A DNA stretch of 64,000 nucleotides from positions 2,046,001 to 2,110,000 of the forward strand of contig NW_024704771.1 of NCBI RefSeq assembly GCF_018977255.1, read 5' to 3'. A program made the position numbers and the translations under genes. The notes beneath the pieces were generated by a model. The model saw nothing but the letters and a program-made list of their open reading frames with translations. It was not told the origin of the DNA and made no database searches. Shown piece by piece: positions 12,673 to 25,484 of the stretch. Source of the DNA: Callorhinchus milii. Lineage: Eukaryota. Numbering within the stretch: position 1 is the stretch's first letter; every line of letters starts with the position of its first letter.

Positions 12673-14280
12673 GTATCCCACAATCCCTCCACCTCACCCC
12701 CTCTCTTGCCTCCTTCAGGTCGCATCTTCAGCCACTGCCACTCCCACCCCCGCCCTCCACCCCTACTAACCCCAACTCCCAGCTCGGGTCTAAAACTCCC
12801 TGATTGTCCAGCCCCCTGGGACGTCTTTCCGATCTGAAGGACGCTGTACAAGTGTAGTTAGTTGTTGTTTGCAGTCTGGGCTGATGTTCTGGTGCAGTGC
12901 TGGCGAGCGCTGTTCTTCGGGTGAGACGTTAAACTGAGTCCAATCTGTGGCTGTTCAGGTAGACGTTAAAGAGCCGCGGAGCTACTCAAAAAGTCAAGGG
13001 ATTTTCTCTGTCCTGGTGTCCCGCTGACAATCCCTCAGGTGAATCATTCCCTCGCTGCAGGCAAATTTGTGAGACATTGCTGTGCACAAATTGGCTGCCA
13101 TGTCACATACAAACACAGATTGTATTTGCTCACGTGCACATCAGCGCCACTCTGACTCGGCGGACACGGGTGTAACTGCAGTGAAAAACGCAAAACTGAA
13201 ATACATTTTAGGTCATAACTCATGAACGATAGGAGTTGCCCAAAAACAAATATGCCCGTCTCTCAGCCAGTTACAAGTCCTTTCCGATGAGGTATAAATC
13301 ATGCCTCTACGTTAATCGGTTATTGAGATCCTTCTTGAAGAGCAGAAAGACAGACATTGTTTTATTAGTATAGAAGATAAGAAAGGGAGTTTCCAGCAAT
13401 TGTCAGAAGCAGAACAGTCAGTGAAGCCTGAAGCTCTCCCTCAGAATTGTGTAGCCTAATCAAGCATATATTGTATTGATAGAATCATGGAATTATACCG
13501 CACAGAAGGAGCCATTCGGCCCATCGTGTCTTTGAAAGAGCTGTCCAAATCAGTCCCCCTCCCCCGCTCTCTCCCCATAGCCCTGCAAATTTGTTCTCCC
13601 CAAATATCTCTCTACTTCTCTTTTGAAAGTTGTTCTCAAATTGGCTTCCCCCACCCTTTCAGGCAATGCATTCCAGATACGAACAAATAAAACTTTAATT
13701 CCAATACTCTACATTTCAATCACTTCTGTTTTTCAGCATCAAACGTGTAAACTCTTCGGAGGGAAGGGGACGAGATTGACACTTCTGAGTGGAGAAATGG
13801 GGGTGTGGGGGAGGTGACCACTGGCACGGTCGAAAAGCAAGGTTTTCAGGTGCGACTTGGAAAAGGTGAGAGAGAGGACAAGACAGAGGTATTGAGGGAG
13901 AGTGTTCCAGAATTTTGGGCCATAGAGGCTGAATGTGTGACCTTTAATGTTGGAGCAGAGGGAGTGTTGGAGAGATTGAGATTGTTGTAGCCAGTGTCGC
14001 ACTCCCTGGGTTTGTATCTTTGTTATCTGGGTTTGCCGCTCTCTCTCCTCACCCACACTGGAATGAAATTTGCTCTGTTTACACATCAATGTCGTCACAG
14101 TTCAATCCTAGAAGTTATTCACAATTCCAGCTCAAAGGTGAAGATACATCGATAAGAGAGTGAAGTGAACTCTGTCACAGGGCGGGTCACACACACCACA
14201 GACACCCTGCGTCTGTGAGTAGAGACAGAACCAGAGAAAACTGAAGGTGAACACCAGGATCAGAGCTGGATTGAGGAGCT

Positions 14281-15136
14281 GTGTCACACACACACACTCT
14301 ATCACACACAAAATGTACACCTACACATACTGTATGTCACTCACTGACACGCACACTTTTGTACACACTCTCTCTCTCACTCTGTGACACACACACACAC
14401 TCTTGTACACACATTCCTCTCTGTGCACACACACTCTTGTTCACTCTGTCTTTCTGTACACACACTCTTGTACTCTCCCTCTCTCTGTGCATACACACAC
14501 ACCCTGTTGTACATACTCTCTCTGTGCACACACGCGCTTTCTCTCTGTGCACACACACCCTGTTGTACACTCTCTCTCTCTCTGTGTGCACACACACTGT
14601 TGTACACACACTCTCTCTCTGTGCACACACACACCCTGTTGTACACACATACTCTTTCTCTGTGCACATACACACACCCTGTTGTACACTTCCCCTCTCT
14701 CTGTGCACACACACACACCCTGTTGTACACACTATCTCGCTCTCTCTGTACACACACCCTGTTGAACACATACACTCTCTCTCCGTGCACACACACACCG
14801 TTGTACACACTCTCTCTCTGCACACACACCTTGTTGAACACACACACACCCTGTTGAACACACTCTCTCTGTGCAAACACACCCTGTTGTACACACACAC
14901 ACTCTCTGTGTGCACACACATACTGTTGTACACACACCCTGTTGAACACACACTCTCTCTGTTCACACACCCTGTTGTACACACTCTCTCTCTGTGCAGA
15001 CACCCTGTTGTACACACACACACACCCTGTTGTACACACTCCCTCTATCTCTGTGCACACACACCGTTGTACACACACTCTCTCTCTCTCTGCACACACA
15101 CACCATGTTGTACAAACTCTCTCTCTCTGCACACAC
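14281..15136. repeat. CA/TC-rich minisatellite (cacacacaccctgttgtacacactctctctctgtg-like), resumes at ~17518-17645 after a CR1
   Basis: Tandem units visible on both sides of the CR1; source of the long spurious His/Thr and Cys/Val ORFs. Confidence 0.9.
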
Positions 15137-17517
15137 ATAACATAACATATTCCTATATATTCCATTCGGCCTTCGAGCCTCTGCCCCGCCATTCAATCAT
15201 GGCTGATCTTCTAATCTAACTCCAGCTAATAACCTGACGCTGCCTTATCCCCATATCTCTTAATCCCTTTTGCAATAAGAAATCTATCTATCTCAGTCTT
15301 GAATATGTTCAAGGACTGAGCGTCAACAGCCCTTTGTGGTAGTGAGTTCCATACATTCACCACCTTTTGAGTGAAGTTCTTCCTCAACTCAGTGCGAAAG
15401 AGCTGCCTCTGATTTTAAGTTTTAGTTTCTACAACCGGGGGACACAATCTCCCACTATCTACTCTATCTGCCCTTTGATGATCTTAAAAGTTCTATAAGA
15501 TCCCCTCGAATTCTTCTGTATTCTAGAGAATATAGGCCCAAATTGGTCAGTCTATCCTTGTAACTCATCCCTTGTACTAACCCAGTAAATCTACGCTGCA
15601 CCCTCTACAAGGCAAGTACATCCTTCCTTAAATAAAGAGACCAAAACTGCACACAGTATTCCAGGTGTGGTCTCACCGGGGCCCTATACAGTTGCAGCAA
15701 CACTTCCCTACTCTTATACTCTAATCCTTTCATAATCAATGCTAACATACCGTGCGCCTTCCTAATTGCTGCTGCACCCGCAGACTAACTTTCTGTGGTT
15801 GGTGTACAAGGACACCCGAGTCCATCTGGACGCTAACCCATTCCAATCTCTCCCCTTCTAAAAAGTAACCCACTCTACTGTTTTTGCTACCGAGGTGGAT
15901 GACTTTGCACTTCCCTACATTATACTTCATCGGCCACCTACCTGCCCAGTCACCTCACCTCTCTATGTCTCGCTGCATTTTTTAATGTCACCCTCTGTGT
16001 TGACACTTCCTCCTAGTTTTGTGTCATCTGCGAATTTAGATATATTAGCTTCGATGTCCTCATCAGATCGTTGATGTAGATGGTAAATAGCTGAGGCCCA
16101 AGGACTGATCCTTGTGTCACTCCACTAGTCACATCACGTCAATCCGAAAAGGACCCGTTTATCCCTACTCTTTGTTTCCTACCCGTTAACCATTCCCCAA
16201 TCCACGTTAATATGCTCACGTTAATATGCTCCCCCCAATTCCATGGGCCCTTATCTTTTGGACTAACCTTTTATGCGGCATCTTATTGAATGCCTTCTGG
16301 AAGTCCAAATAGACCACATCCACTGATTCACCCTTATCTAGTTTACTGGAAATATCCTCAAAAAACTCTATGAGATTTGTCAAACATGACTTCCCTTTTG
16401 TAAAGCCATGTTGACTTGGCCTAATTATATTGTGCCCTAAATACCGCACTACCACATCCTTAATCAACGATTCTAAAATTTTTCCTATCACTGATGTGAG
16501 ACTAACTGGCCTATAGTTCCCCATCTTTTCCTTTCCACCTTTTTTAAATAGTGGTGTGACATTTGCGATCTTCCAATCCATGGGGACTGTTCCAGAATCC
16601 AAGGAATTTTGGAAGATCAGACACAAGGCCTCCACTATCTCATAAGCTCCTCTTTTAAAACCCTGGGATGCAAGCCATCCGGACCAGGGGATTTGTCACT
16701 TTTTAGTGCTAACAGTTTCCCAGCACCAATTCTCTACTAATGAAAATTTCCCTAAGTTGCTCCCTGTCCTTATCCCTTTGGTGCATCTCTATTGTTGGCA
16801 GACTTGTTGTGTCTTCTCGGGTGAAGACAGATGCAAAGTACCCATTTAGGGACTCTGCCATATCCTTATCCCCCATTACAACTTCTCCCGTCTCTGACTG
16901 AAGTGGACCTACATTTACCCTCACTAGCCTATTCCTCTTAATATATTTGTAAAAACTTTTACAATCAGACTTAATGTTCCTCGCTCGCTTACCCTCATAT
17001 TCTTTTTTCTCGCTCTTAATGAGTTTTTTAGTTTTATTTTGCTGGTTTCTAAAACTCTCCCAATCTTCAGATTTGCCGCTTTTATTGGCAGTTTTATAAG
17101 CCTTTTCTTTTAATTTGATGCTTTCCCTAACTGCTCTAGTTAGCCACGGATGAATTGCTTTCCCTGTGGTACTCTTATTCCGCAAGGGAATATACGACCG
17201 CTGAGAATTTTACACTACGTCCTTAAATATTTGCCACTGTTGGTCTACATTTTTACCTCTTAATCTTATTCTCCAGTCTATTTTACTTAAATCTTTCCTC
17301 ATATCTACAAAATTAGCCCTATTTGAGTTCAGAATACTTGCCTCGGATTTAACTATATCCCTCTCTAACTTAATGCAGAATTCAATCATATTGTGATCAC
17401 TCTGCCCAAGAGGAGTCTTAATACCTACACTGCCAACTCGCCCTGTTTGTTACACAAAACAAGGTCTAGGATGGCCTGTCCCCTAGTTGGTTCCTCGGCG
17501 CGCTGCTCTAGAAAGTT
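15137..17517 (-). mobile_element. 5'-truncated, degenerate CR1 LINE (end of APE through RT and 3' UTR)
   Basis: ORF pieces [69 protein letters not shown]; broken by stops and frameshifts. Confidence 0.92.
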
Positions 17518-17644
17518 ATCTCTCACACACCCTGTGGTCTACACTCTCTCTCTGTGCACACACACCGTTGTACACACTCTCCATGTGCACACACACCGTT
17601 GTACACACTCTCTCTCTGTTCACACACACCCTGTTGCACACACA

Positions 17645-19520
17645 CACATACACTCACATCCACCAATACCCCCACACACACCCTCACATACCCCCAAAAC
17701 ATGCACTCTTACATGGCCCCCACACACCCTCACATCCCCCCATACACACCCTTACATTCCCCTCACACACAATCACATCCCTCAGCCCCCCTTCACAAAC
17801 ACACATCCTCCTACATACATTCTTAACCCCCCCATATGCACCTTCAACCCCCCCACACACACACCCTCACATTGCCCCCAACACACACACCCACACATTC
17901 CCCCCCACCACATACTTATTATCCCCTCCACAAATACACCTTCACATCTCCCCTACACACACCCTTAAACAACCCCACACACACCCACACACAAACAACC
18001 TCACACATTGCCCCACACACATCCTCATATCCACCCCACAAATAAACTCTCACAACCTGCACACACTCCCCCACACACATCCTCCCTACCCACCCCCCAC
18101 CCCCACAAACACATCCCTCCGCACACACACATTCTCACCCCCCTACACACACCCTCACCCCCACCATCGCACACATATACACTCACCCGGTTCCAAGTAC
18201 ACAAACCCTCACAATCCCCCACAGGCACACAAGCTCACATCTCCCCCCACACATCGTCATATCCACCCCACACATACACCATCACATCCGCCTCCCCCTC
18301 ACACACCCTCACATTCCCCCCTCACACATAATCCCTCACATCCCACCCACACACGTCCTCAAAACCTCCTTCACACACTCCCCCACATATAGCCCCTCAC
18401 ATCCCACACATTCCCTCACATCCCCTCGACACACACATGCTCACATACCAACACACACCATCATATCATCCACACACATACACAGTCACAATCCCCTACA
18501 CACATACCCTCACATCCCACCCACACACACCCTAACATTAACGCCCACACACATACACCCTCACATCCCACCCACACACATATACCCTCATACACACCCA
18601 CACAAACCTTCACATCCCCCCCACACACAAAGCCTCATGCTCCCCCCACCCACAAACACACAAATGCTCACATTCCCCACACACACCCTCACCTCCCCCT
18701 CTACATACACACACCCTCACCTCTCCCTCTACATACACACACCCTCACCTTCCCCTCAGACACATCCTGACAAACCCCTCACACCATCACCCCAACACAC
18801 GCTCACCTCCCCGCCACACGCACCCTGACAAGACCCCACACATCATGACAAACACCAGACACACACCCTCATATTGTATTCGAATCTCTGCACTCCTCTA
18901 CACCTCCCGACCTCTCTGACCTCTTATCTCCTCAAAACAGTACCCGTTGCCTTTGTTCCTCTGGGTCTGGCCTCCTCCGCGTCCCCCGAGTCTTCCGCTC
19001 CACTCTCAGCGGCCGTGCCCCGAGGCTCTGGAACTGCCTTCCTCACTCCCTTCGTCTCGCACCCTCCCTTCCCATTTTCAGGTCTCTGCTGAAGACCTTT
19101 CTTTTCGACTGCACCTTTGGTCACCTTCCTCCCCCTCCCCCTGGCTCGGCCCCGGGATCCGTTACTGTAAAGCGCTCCGAGAAGCCGTCCAGCGTGGAGG
19201 GCGCTATATGAATCCAAGTTGCTGTTGTTGTTGTTGTTGTAAGTACCCTCATAACCTCCGACACATACCCTCATCACAGAACCTCGCATCCCCACATATA
19301 ACCAGCCTTACAACCCCTGCACACATACCCTCACATCTCCCTCACACACACTCACACATGCCCCCCACACACATCCTCATATCACCCCAACCCCAACGCC
19401 CCACCAATACACCATCACATTCATCCACATTCATCCCCCCAACATTTACATCCTGACATTTCCCCCCCGCACACACACCCTCACCACCCACTGTGCCCCC
19501 TCCCCCCACAAACACATACA
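17645..19520. repeat. CA/C-rich low-complexity tract with an embedded L2 3' end (~18880-19240)
   Basis: Irregular cacacaccctcacatcccc units; L2 tail aaagcgctccgag...ggcgctatatgaatccaagttg(ttg)n. A similar tract precedes the B30.2 exon at 45147. Confidence 0.85.
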
Positions 19521-19659
19521 CACAGCCTTTCTGCTGGATTCTGTTCCCAGGAGATGTCGATGTTTTACACAGAGGCTTATCTCCCGGTGACGACACTGAA
19601 GATCATCTTATTTATAATTGTAAATGTGTCTGACATTAATGGTCTGATTCTCTCTCTAG

Positions 19660-20180
19660 TTACAGTCACTCTGGATCCTGACACAGCCCATCCCCGGCTC
19701 ATCCTGTCTGAGGACCGGATCAGTGTGAGATATGGAAATGAATGGCAGCCACTTCCTGATTCCCCAAAGAGGTTTAGTGGATCTCGCTGTGTCCTGGGAT
19801 CTGAGGGCTTCACATCAGGGAGACATTACTGGGAGGTTCATGTGGGCAACAAGACAATGTGGATTGTGGGATTGGCCACAGAGTCTGTCAACAGGAAACA
19901 ACCAATCACATGGACACCAGAGGATGGGGTCTGGAGTGTGAGGCTGTGGGGTGGGGTCTATGAGGCTCTGACGTCACCCCCCACCCGCCTGCCCCTGACA
20001 GTGAGACCCGGGAAGGTCGGAGTGTTTCTGGACTATGAGGAGGGACAGGTGTCATTTTACAACGCTGACAACATGGCTCATCTCCACAATTTCACTGAAA
20101 CTTTCACTGGGAAACTTTTTCCTGTATTCCATCCCATGTTTGATTCTGAGCCTCTAACAATCTGCCCAGTGACAGGTTAA
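19660..20180 (+). CDS. Intact B30.2 (PRY-SPRY) terminal exon of butyrophilin type; no upstream BTN exons found in the window
   Basis: ctag|TT ACA GTC ACT CTG GAT CCT, i.e. [12 protein letters not shown]...GRHYWEV...[15 protein letters not shown]...TG*; closely paralogous to 45147-45655, including the upstream intron. Confidence 0.75.
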
Positions 20181-20859
20181 TGAGGAGAAATGTTGATTGT
20201 TATAATTAAGGAGGAAAATCCTCAGCCATTAACTTGATTCGATGGCGTTGAAAATATACTTGGGAGGTGGAGCGGCCCCCTTAAAATGGGCAACATTTTC
20301 GCCCTACATGTCTGACTCTGCCACTGCCTCACCACTCAGGCTGAAACCCTAATATACACATTTGTCACCTCAAGACCCTCCTTTTTGGTCATGCTAACAG
20401 CCACCCTCCCCCCTGCACTCTCAGTCCCTGCTCCCCAACTGTTCACTGCTTTGGGATGTCCTCGCAATGTGAAAGGTGCTTTACAAATGTAATTTTATTG
20501 TTGTTGTAAACTGGTGGTGCCGCCGAAATCTGCTGGTGACAAGAGGAACCATCATCTTCTTTCACAAATGCACTCACCCAGCCGCTATATTAAACGTAAG
20601 GATTATGATTAATAAGTTAGATATCATATAACTCTAGGGTTCTCGATTTAATATGTAGATTATATCCAATTTACTTGATAAATCTGGTAACCAAAGCCAT
20701 TTTCGTCTCTTCCTGCCATCGCCTCCAGGAAGTGTTAATCACCTGGGAGCCACCAATGATTGATTCCCTCCCCGTCCACCACTTGCAGTCACCATTGCTG
20801 CTGCCCCTGCTGCCCACCCACCCAAGCCACTTATAAATGGCTGGAATCTCCACGAGCGA

Positions 20860-21045
20860 TGAAGGGGGGTAGAGAGATGGAGAGGGCTGGATAGAGAGAT
20901 GGAGAGGGCTGGATAGAGAGATGGAGAGGGGGGCAGAGAGATGGAGAGGGGGGCAGAGAGATGGAGAGGGGGGCAGAAAGATGGAAGGGGGGGTGCTAGA
21001 GAGATGGAGAGTGGGGTGTAGAGAGATGGAGAGGAGTGGGATGGG
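20860..21045. repeat. GA-rich minisatellite (gagagatggagagggg-like)
   Basis: Visible tandem units. Confidence 0.85.
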
Positions 21046-21768
21046 GAGCTGGAATTCATTGTAAAATTCTCACTATTCCTTGTGGCTAAACTCAGAAAAA
21101 AAACATGAACCCAAACTGCAATCTTCTGACCTCTAGAAGTTAATACAGAAGCTATGTCTTCTAATGTTTACCTGAAAGTGAACTTTTCTGGTTTCATTTC
21201 ATTAAAAGTGAGAAAACATAAATTACAACAACAACAACAACAAGATTCCATTTATAAAGCGCCTTTCACGTCAGGAGGACGTCCCAAGGCGCTGCACAGT
21301 TGGGTCATGACCCGAGCAGGGGGGAAATGGTCAGGGTGAGGGGAGGGAAGGGAGGGAGCGAGGAGGGGGAAGAGAGTCGAGAGGGGAGCTGAAGGCACGG
21401 TCAAAGAGAAAGGTTTTGAGACCGGCCTTGAAGGAGGAAAGGGAGGAAGCGGCGAAGGCACTGGGGGATGGAGTTCCAGAGCCTCGGGGCTGAGAGGCTG
21501 AAGGCCCGACCACCGATGGTAGGGCGGTTGGGGCGGGGGACGTGGAGCAGACCGGAGCCAGAGGAACGGAGAGTACGGGCAGGTAGGTAGGTTTACACAG
21601 ATTGCAATCATAAATTACATGCTGCATGTAAAAATAAACTGTACAACGGGAAAACCAAGTCCACTTGGTCCTTCAAGAGTGCTCTTACAACATACCCTCA
21701 ACACCACCCACTTTTGTTTCCTGAGCAAAACTAGACCAGAAATCAGAGACGAGGAAAGAACATAAAGT

Positions 21769-22024
21769 GGAGTCCTGTAGCTCAGTGGTTAGAGCACTCG
21801 CTTTGCAAGTGAGAGACCTGAGTTCAATTCCAGGCAGAGGGCGAAACCTTGGGCAAGTTTCCTTACTCCACACAGAGCCTAATAATAATCCCTCCAAAAC
21901 CAAAAACAATAATAAAATTGGTCATTTTCAATCTACGACTGTTTGTGGGACATTGCTGTGCGCAATTGACTGCCGCGTTCGCCCACAAATATACAGTTAA
22001 TTCACTTTACAGTGTGTTCTGTGT
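21769..22024 (+). mobile_element. Family A SINE, 3'-truncated, fused directly to a SPRY pseudo-exon
   Basis: Head ggagtcctgtagctcagtggttagagc; sequence switches to gggcttcacatcagggaggcattactgg (GFTSGRHYW) at ~22025. Confidence 0.85.
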
Positions 22025-22397
22025 GGGCTTCACATCAGGGAGGCATTACTGGGAGGTGCAGGTGAGCGATAAAAGGTGGATTGTGGGATCGGCCAGAGTG
22101 TCTGTCAACAGGAAAACAACCAATCACATGGGCATCACGGAGTGGGTTCTGGGGGGTGTGGCTGTGGGATGGGGCCTGTTATGCTCTGATGTCACCTCCC
22201 ACCCGCCTGCCCCGGACAGTGGGTCCTGGGAAGGTCGGAGTGTTCCTGGACTATGAGGAGGGACAGGTGCCATTTTACAGCACTGACAACATGTCTCATC
22301 TCCACACTTTCACCAAGCTTTCACTGAGAAACTTTATCCTCTGTTCAATCCTGGGTTTAATTCTGAGCCTCTGACAATCTGCCCAGAGACAGGTTAA
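22025..22397 (+). pseudogene. B30.2 pseudo-exon (SPRY part only, frameshifted)
   Basis: [13 protein letters not shown] in one frame, [14 protein letters not shown] in another; PRY half absent; 3' flank paralogous to those at ~20180 and ~57490. Confidence 0.88.
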
Positions 22398-22689
22398 TGG
22401 GGAGGAACAATTGTCTGTTATAATAAGGAGGAAAAACCCTCAGCCATTAACTTGTTTCGTTGGCGGTGAAAATATTCGGGGGGGGGGAATGGCCGCTTTA
22501 AAACGGGCATCATCAAAGATGGTCGCCCCGCCCTCTCCCCAGCCACACCCTCACATCCCCCCCATATACATCCTTACATTCCCCCACCTCCCACACTCTC
22601 ACATACCCCCAGGCACACACTCAAATCCTCCACACACACCCTCAGATCCCTCCACACACACCCTCACATTACGCATTGTCACATTGTCA

Positions 22690-23090
22690 CCAGAGGGTGG
22701 GGTCTGGGGTGTGGGGATGTGGGGTTGTGAGGTGGGGTCTATGAGGCTCTGACGGCATCTCACTTAAATCTCCCAAATCACTTTGGTATCTATAAACAAG
22801 ATGACATGTTATTCTCCAGTGAGCAGCACTGTATATAAACAATGTGTATTTTCAGTGAGAGCTTTTATCATCTGTAACATTTCTCATTCACTGTAACAAT
22901 CACTCAAGAAGCGATATCTTTAACCCTCACTAAACCGAGGTCCCGTCTGTGTCTGTTCAACTGGATACTGATATCCAAAATATTGTGGTTCACTTACAAT
23001 ATATACTAGATCAATTTACAATAAAACATGCTGTGTCATTATTTTATGTCCAATGATTAAACACAATCTACACACATTTCTTATCCCCTA
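22690..23090 (+). pseudogene. Small SPRY shard joined to a copy of the BTN gene 1 3' flank
   Basis: gtcaccagagggtggggtctggggtgtg...gtctatgaggctctgacg matches the SPRY exon; the sequence after it matches 46405-46745. Confidence 0.65.
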
Positions 23091-24044
23091 AGACACACAC
23101 CTTAACCTGCACCCCGATACACATACCCTCAACACCCAATATACACACCCCTAACCCTTATCCCCTGATACACACAATAACAACAACAAATTACATTTAC
23201 ACAGTGCCTTTCACGTCAGGACGTCTCAAGGAGGTGTAATGTTAGGGATGCCCACCTGAGCTGGTGGTTGGGATCAGGAGGGGTGGAGGGCAGGTAGGGT
23301 AGGCGTAAGAGGGTAATTGAAGGAAAGATCGAAGAGGTGGGTCTAGAGATGGGTCTTGAAGGTAGCAAGGGAGGGGGTGTGGTGAGCAGCCTGAGGGATG
23401 GAGTTCAAGAGGGTGTAGGCAGAGAGGCTGAAGCCTGCTCACCAATTGTGCCCTCCTCGCAGGTCTCCCCAGCTCCCCATACAGAAATACAATTGATTCA
23501 AAATTCTGCCATCTGGATACTCATCCACACGAAACTCTGTACGCCCATCAAACCAGTCCTTGCCAGGCTCCACTTGGTCCCATTATAAAACAATAATATT
23601 CAAAAAATAAATAAAATAATAATCTGTTAAATCAATCCATGACTGTGGGACGATGCTGTATGCAATTGTTGGCTGTGTTTCGCCCTCAAAATATACAGTC
23701 AATACACTTTACAGTATATTCTGAGAGGCGCTTTGAGATGTCTCAACAACATGACAAGGCACTAGGATTTTTATGGTGTCCTGCAGCTCAGTGGTTAGAG
23801 CATTCACCTTGCAAGCGAGAGGACCTTGGTTTGATTCCCGGGCAGGGCAGATTTACTTACTCCACAAGATTATTTACCTAGCATTAAGTAACAACCTGGT
23901 TGTTAGTCGATTGGCAGATCACTTTCTGGCGTTATAAAATGATAATAATTTGGTCACTGAATCCATTTGACTGTTTGTAGGACACTGCTGTGCACAATTG
24001 GCTGCCGAGTTTCTTCCACGAACCACACATTCAACTCACTTTAC

Positions 24045-25235
24045 AGATCACGCCATCCTCCTCCACCGCCTTTCCTCCGTCATCCACCTCAGTGGAACTG
24101 CACTCGCCTGGTTCGAGTCCTACCTCACAAACCCCCAGCAGTACATCTGCACAAACGGCTTCTCCTCCCACTCTCACCCAGTTACCTGCGGGGAACCCCA
24201 AGGATCCATCCTTGGACCCTCCTCTTTCTGATCTACGTGCTCCCTCTTGGGGATGTCATCCGCAGACATGAGGTACACTTCCACATGCATCGGACGACAC
24301 CCAACTTTATATTTCAAACTCACTTTGCGACCCCCAGTCCCCTGTTGTTCTGTCAGCCTGCCTGTCAGATCTCAGGGGCTGGATGAGTGCAAATTTCCAT
24401 CAGCTGAACGTTGACAAGACGGAAGCCAAACACTTTGGCTCTCATAAACATCTAAAATCTCACGGTTCTCATCTCTCCACCTACCTGACCTCCCCCTAAA
24501 ACTCTCCGAACCTATACGCAACCTAGGCGTCAGGTTCGACCCCCATTTTTTCCTTCCTCCCCCACATCCGGTCTCACCAACACCACTTTCTTCCACCTCC
24601 GACGCATCGTCTGTCTCTACCAATACCTCTCCCCAAAAGCCGCTGAAGCCCTGGTTCATGCCTTTGTCACCTCTCGGCTGGACTATTCAAATGCCCTCCT
24701 CGCTGTGCTTCACCCCACTACCATCCATAAAATCCAAATTATTCAATCTCTGTCACCCGCATTCTCACCCGCACCAAACTCCGCTCCCCAATTACCCCAG
24801 TCCTTGCCCGACTGCACTGGCTGCCTGTCCCAGAGAGAATCGACTTCAAGATGCTCACCCTTGTCTTCAAATCCCTCTATTCCTCTGCACCCACCCTACC
24901 TCTCTTGCCTTCTCTCTCCTCAAAACAGTGCCCGTTGCCTTCGTTCCTCCGGGTCTGGCCTCCTCCTTGTCCCCCGAGTCCTCCGCTCCACCCTTGGCGG
25001 CCATGCCTTCAGCCACTATACCCCGGGGCTCTGAAACTCCTTTCCTCACTCCCTTCATCTCGCTCCCTCTCTTCCTATTTTCAGATCTCTGCTGAAGACC
25101 TTTCTTTTCGACCATGCCTTTGGTCACCTTCCTCCCCCTCCCATTGGCTCGGTCCTGGGATTCGTTACTGTAAAGTGCTCTGAGACGCCATCAGGCATGG
25201 AGGGCGCAATATAAATCCAAGTTGTTGTTGTTATA
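24045..25235 (+). mobile_element. L2 LINE 3' fragment (RT C-terminal part and tail)
   Basis: ILLHRLSSVIHLSGTALAWFESYL...GEPQGSILGP, then an L2-type tail ending gttgttgttgtt. Many shorter L2 pieces occur elsewhere (e.g. ~13750-14050, 21230-21590, 33525-33880, 36290-36830, 47870-48375, 59330-59635). Confidence 0.85.
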
Positions 25236-25293
25236 TTCTGTGAAGTGTTTTGAGAGGACTCGAAGACAAGATAAGACGCAATATCAAATGCAA

Positions 25294-25477
25294 GGTGTGA
25301 TGACCACCCTCATGAAGAGGAACTCCACCAACCTAACCAAACAGACCCAGGGTTTCAACGCCTACTCCGACAACCAGCCCGGCATATTGGAGTAAGTGCA
25401 TGAGGGCAAGAGAGCAGTGACCAAGGACTAAAATCTCCTGGGCAAGTTCGAGATGAGTGGAATCCCCCCAGCTCCCC
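25294..25477 (+). pseudogene. Hsp70 fragment (substrate-binding domain, two in-frame stops)
   Basis: Ungapped match to 62574-62757; translates [59 protein letters not shown]. Confidence 0.93.
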
Positions 25478-25484
25478 AACCCTC

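Noticed and set aside
14132-14320. Hydrophobic minus-strand ORF resembling a signal peptide or TM exon
   Set aside because: It starts inside the minisatellite and has no partner exons or clear splice sites.
14281-18392. Long His/Thr/Pro- or Cys/Val-rich ORFs (also 39001-40397, 44463-45120, 294-705)
   Set aside because: They are translations of CA/TC low-complexity repeats that lack stops by composition.
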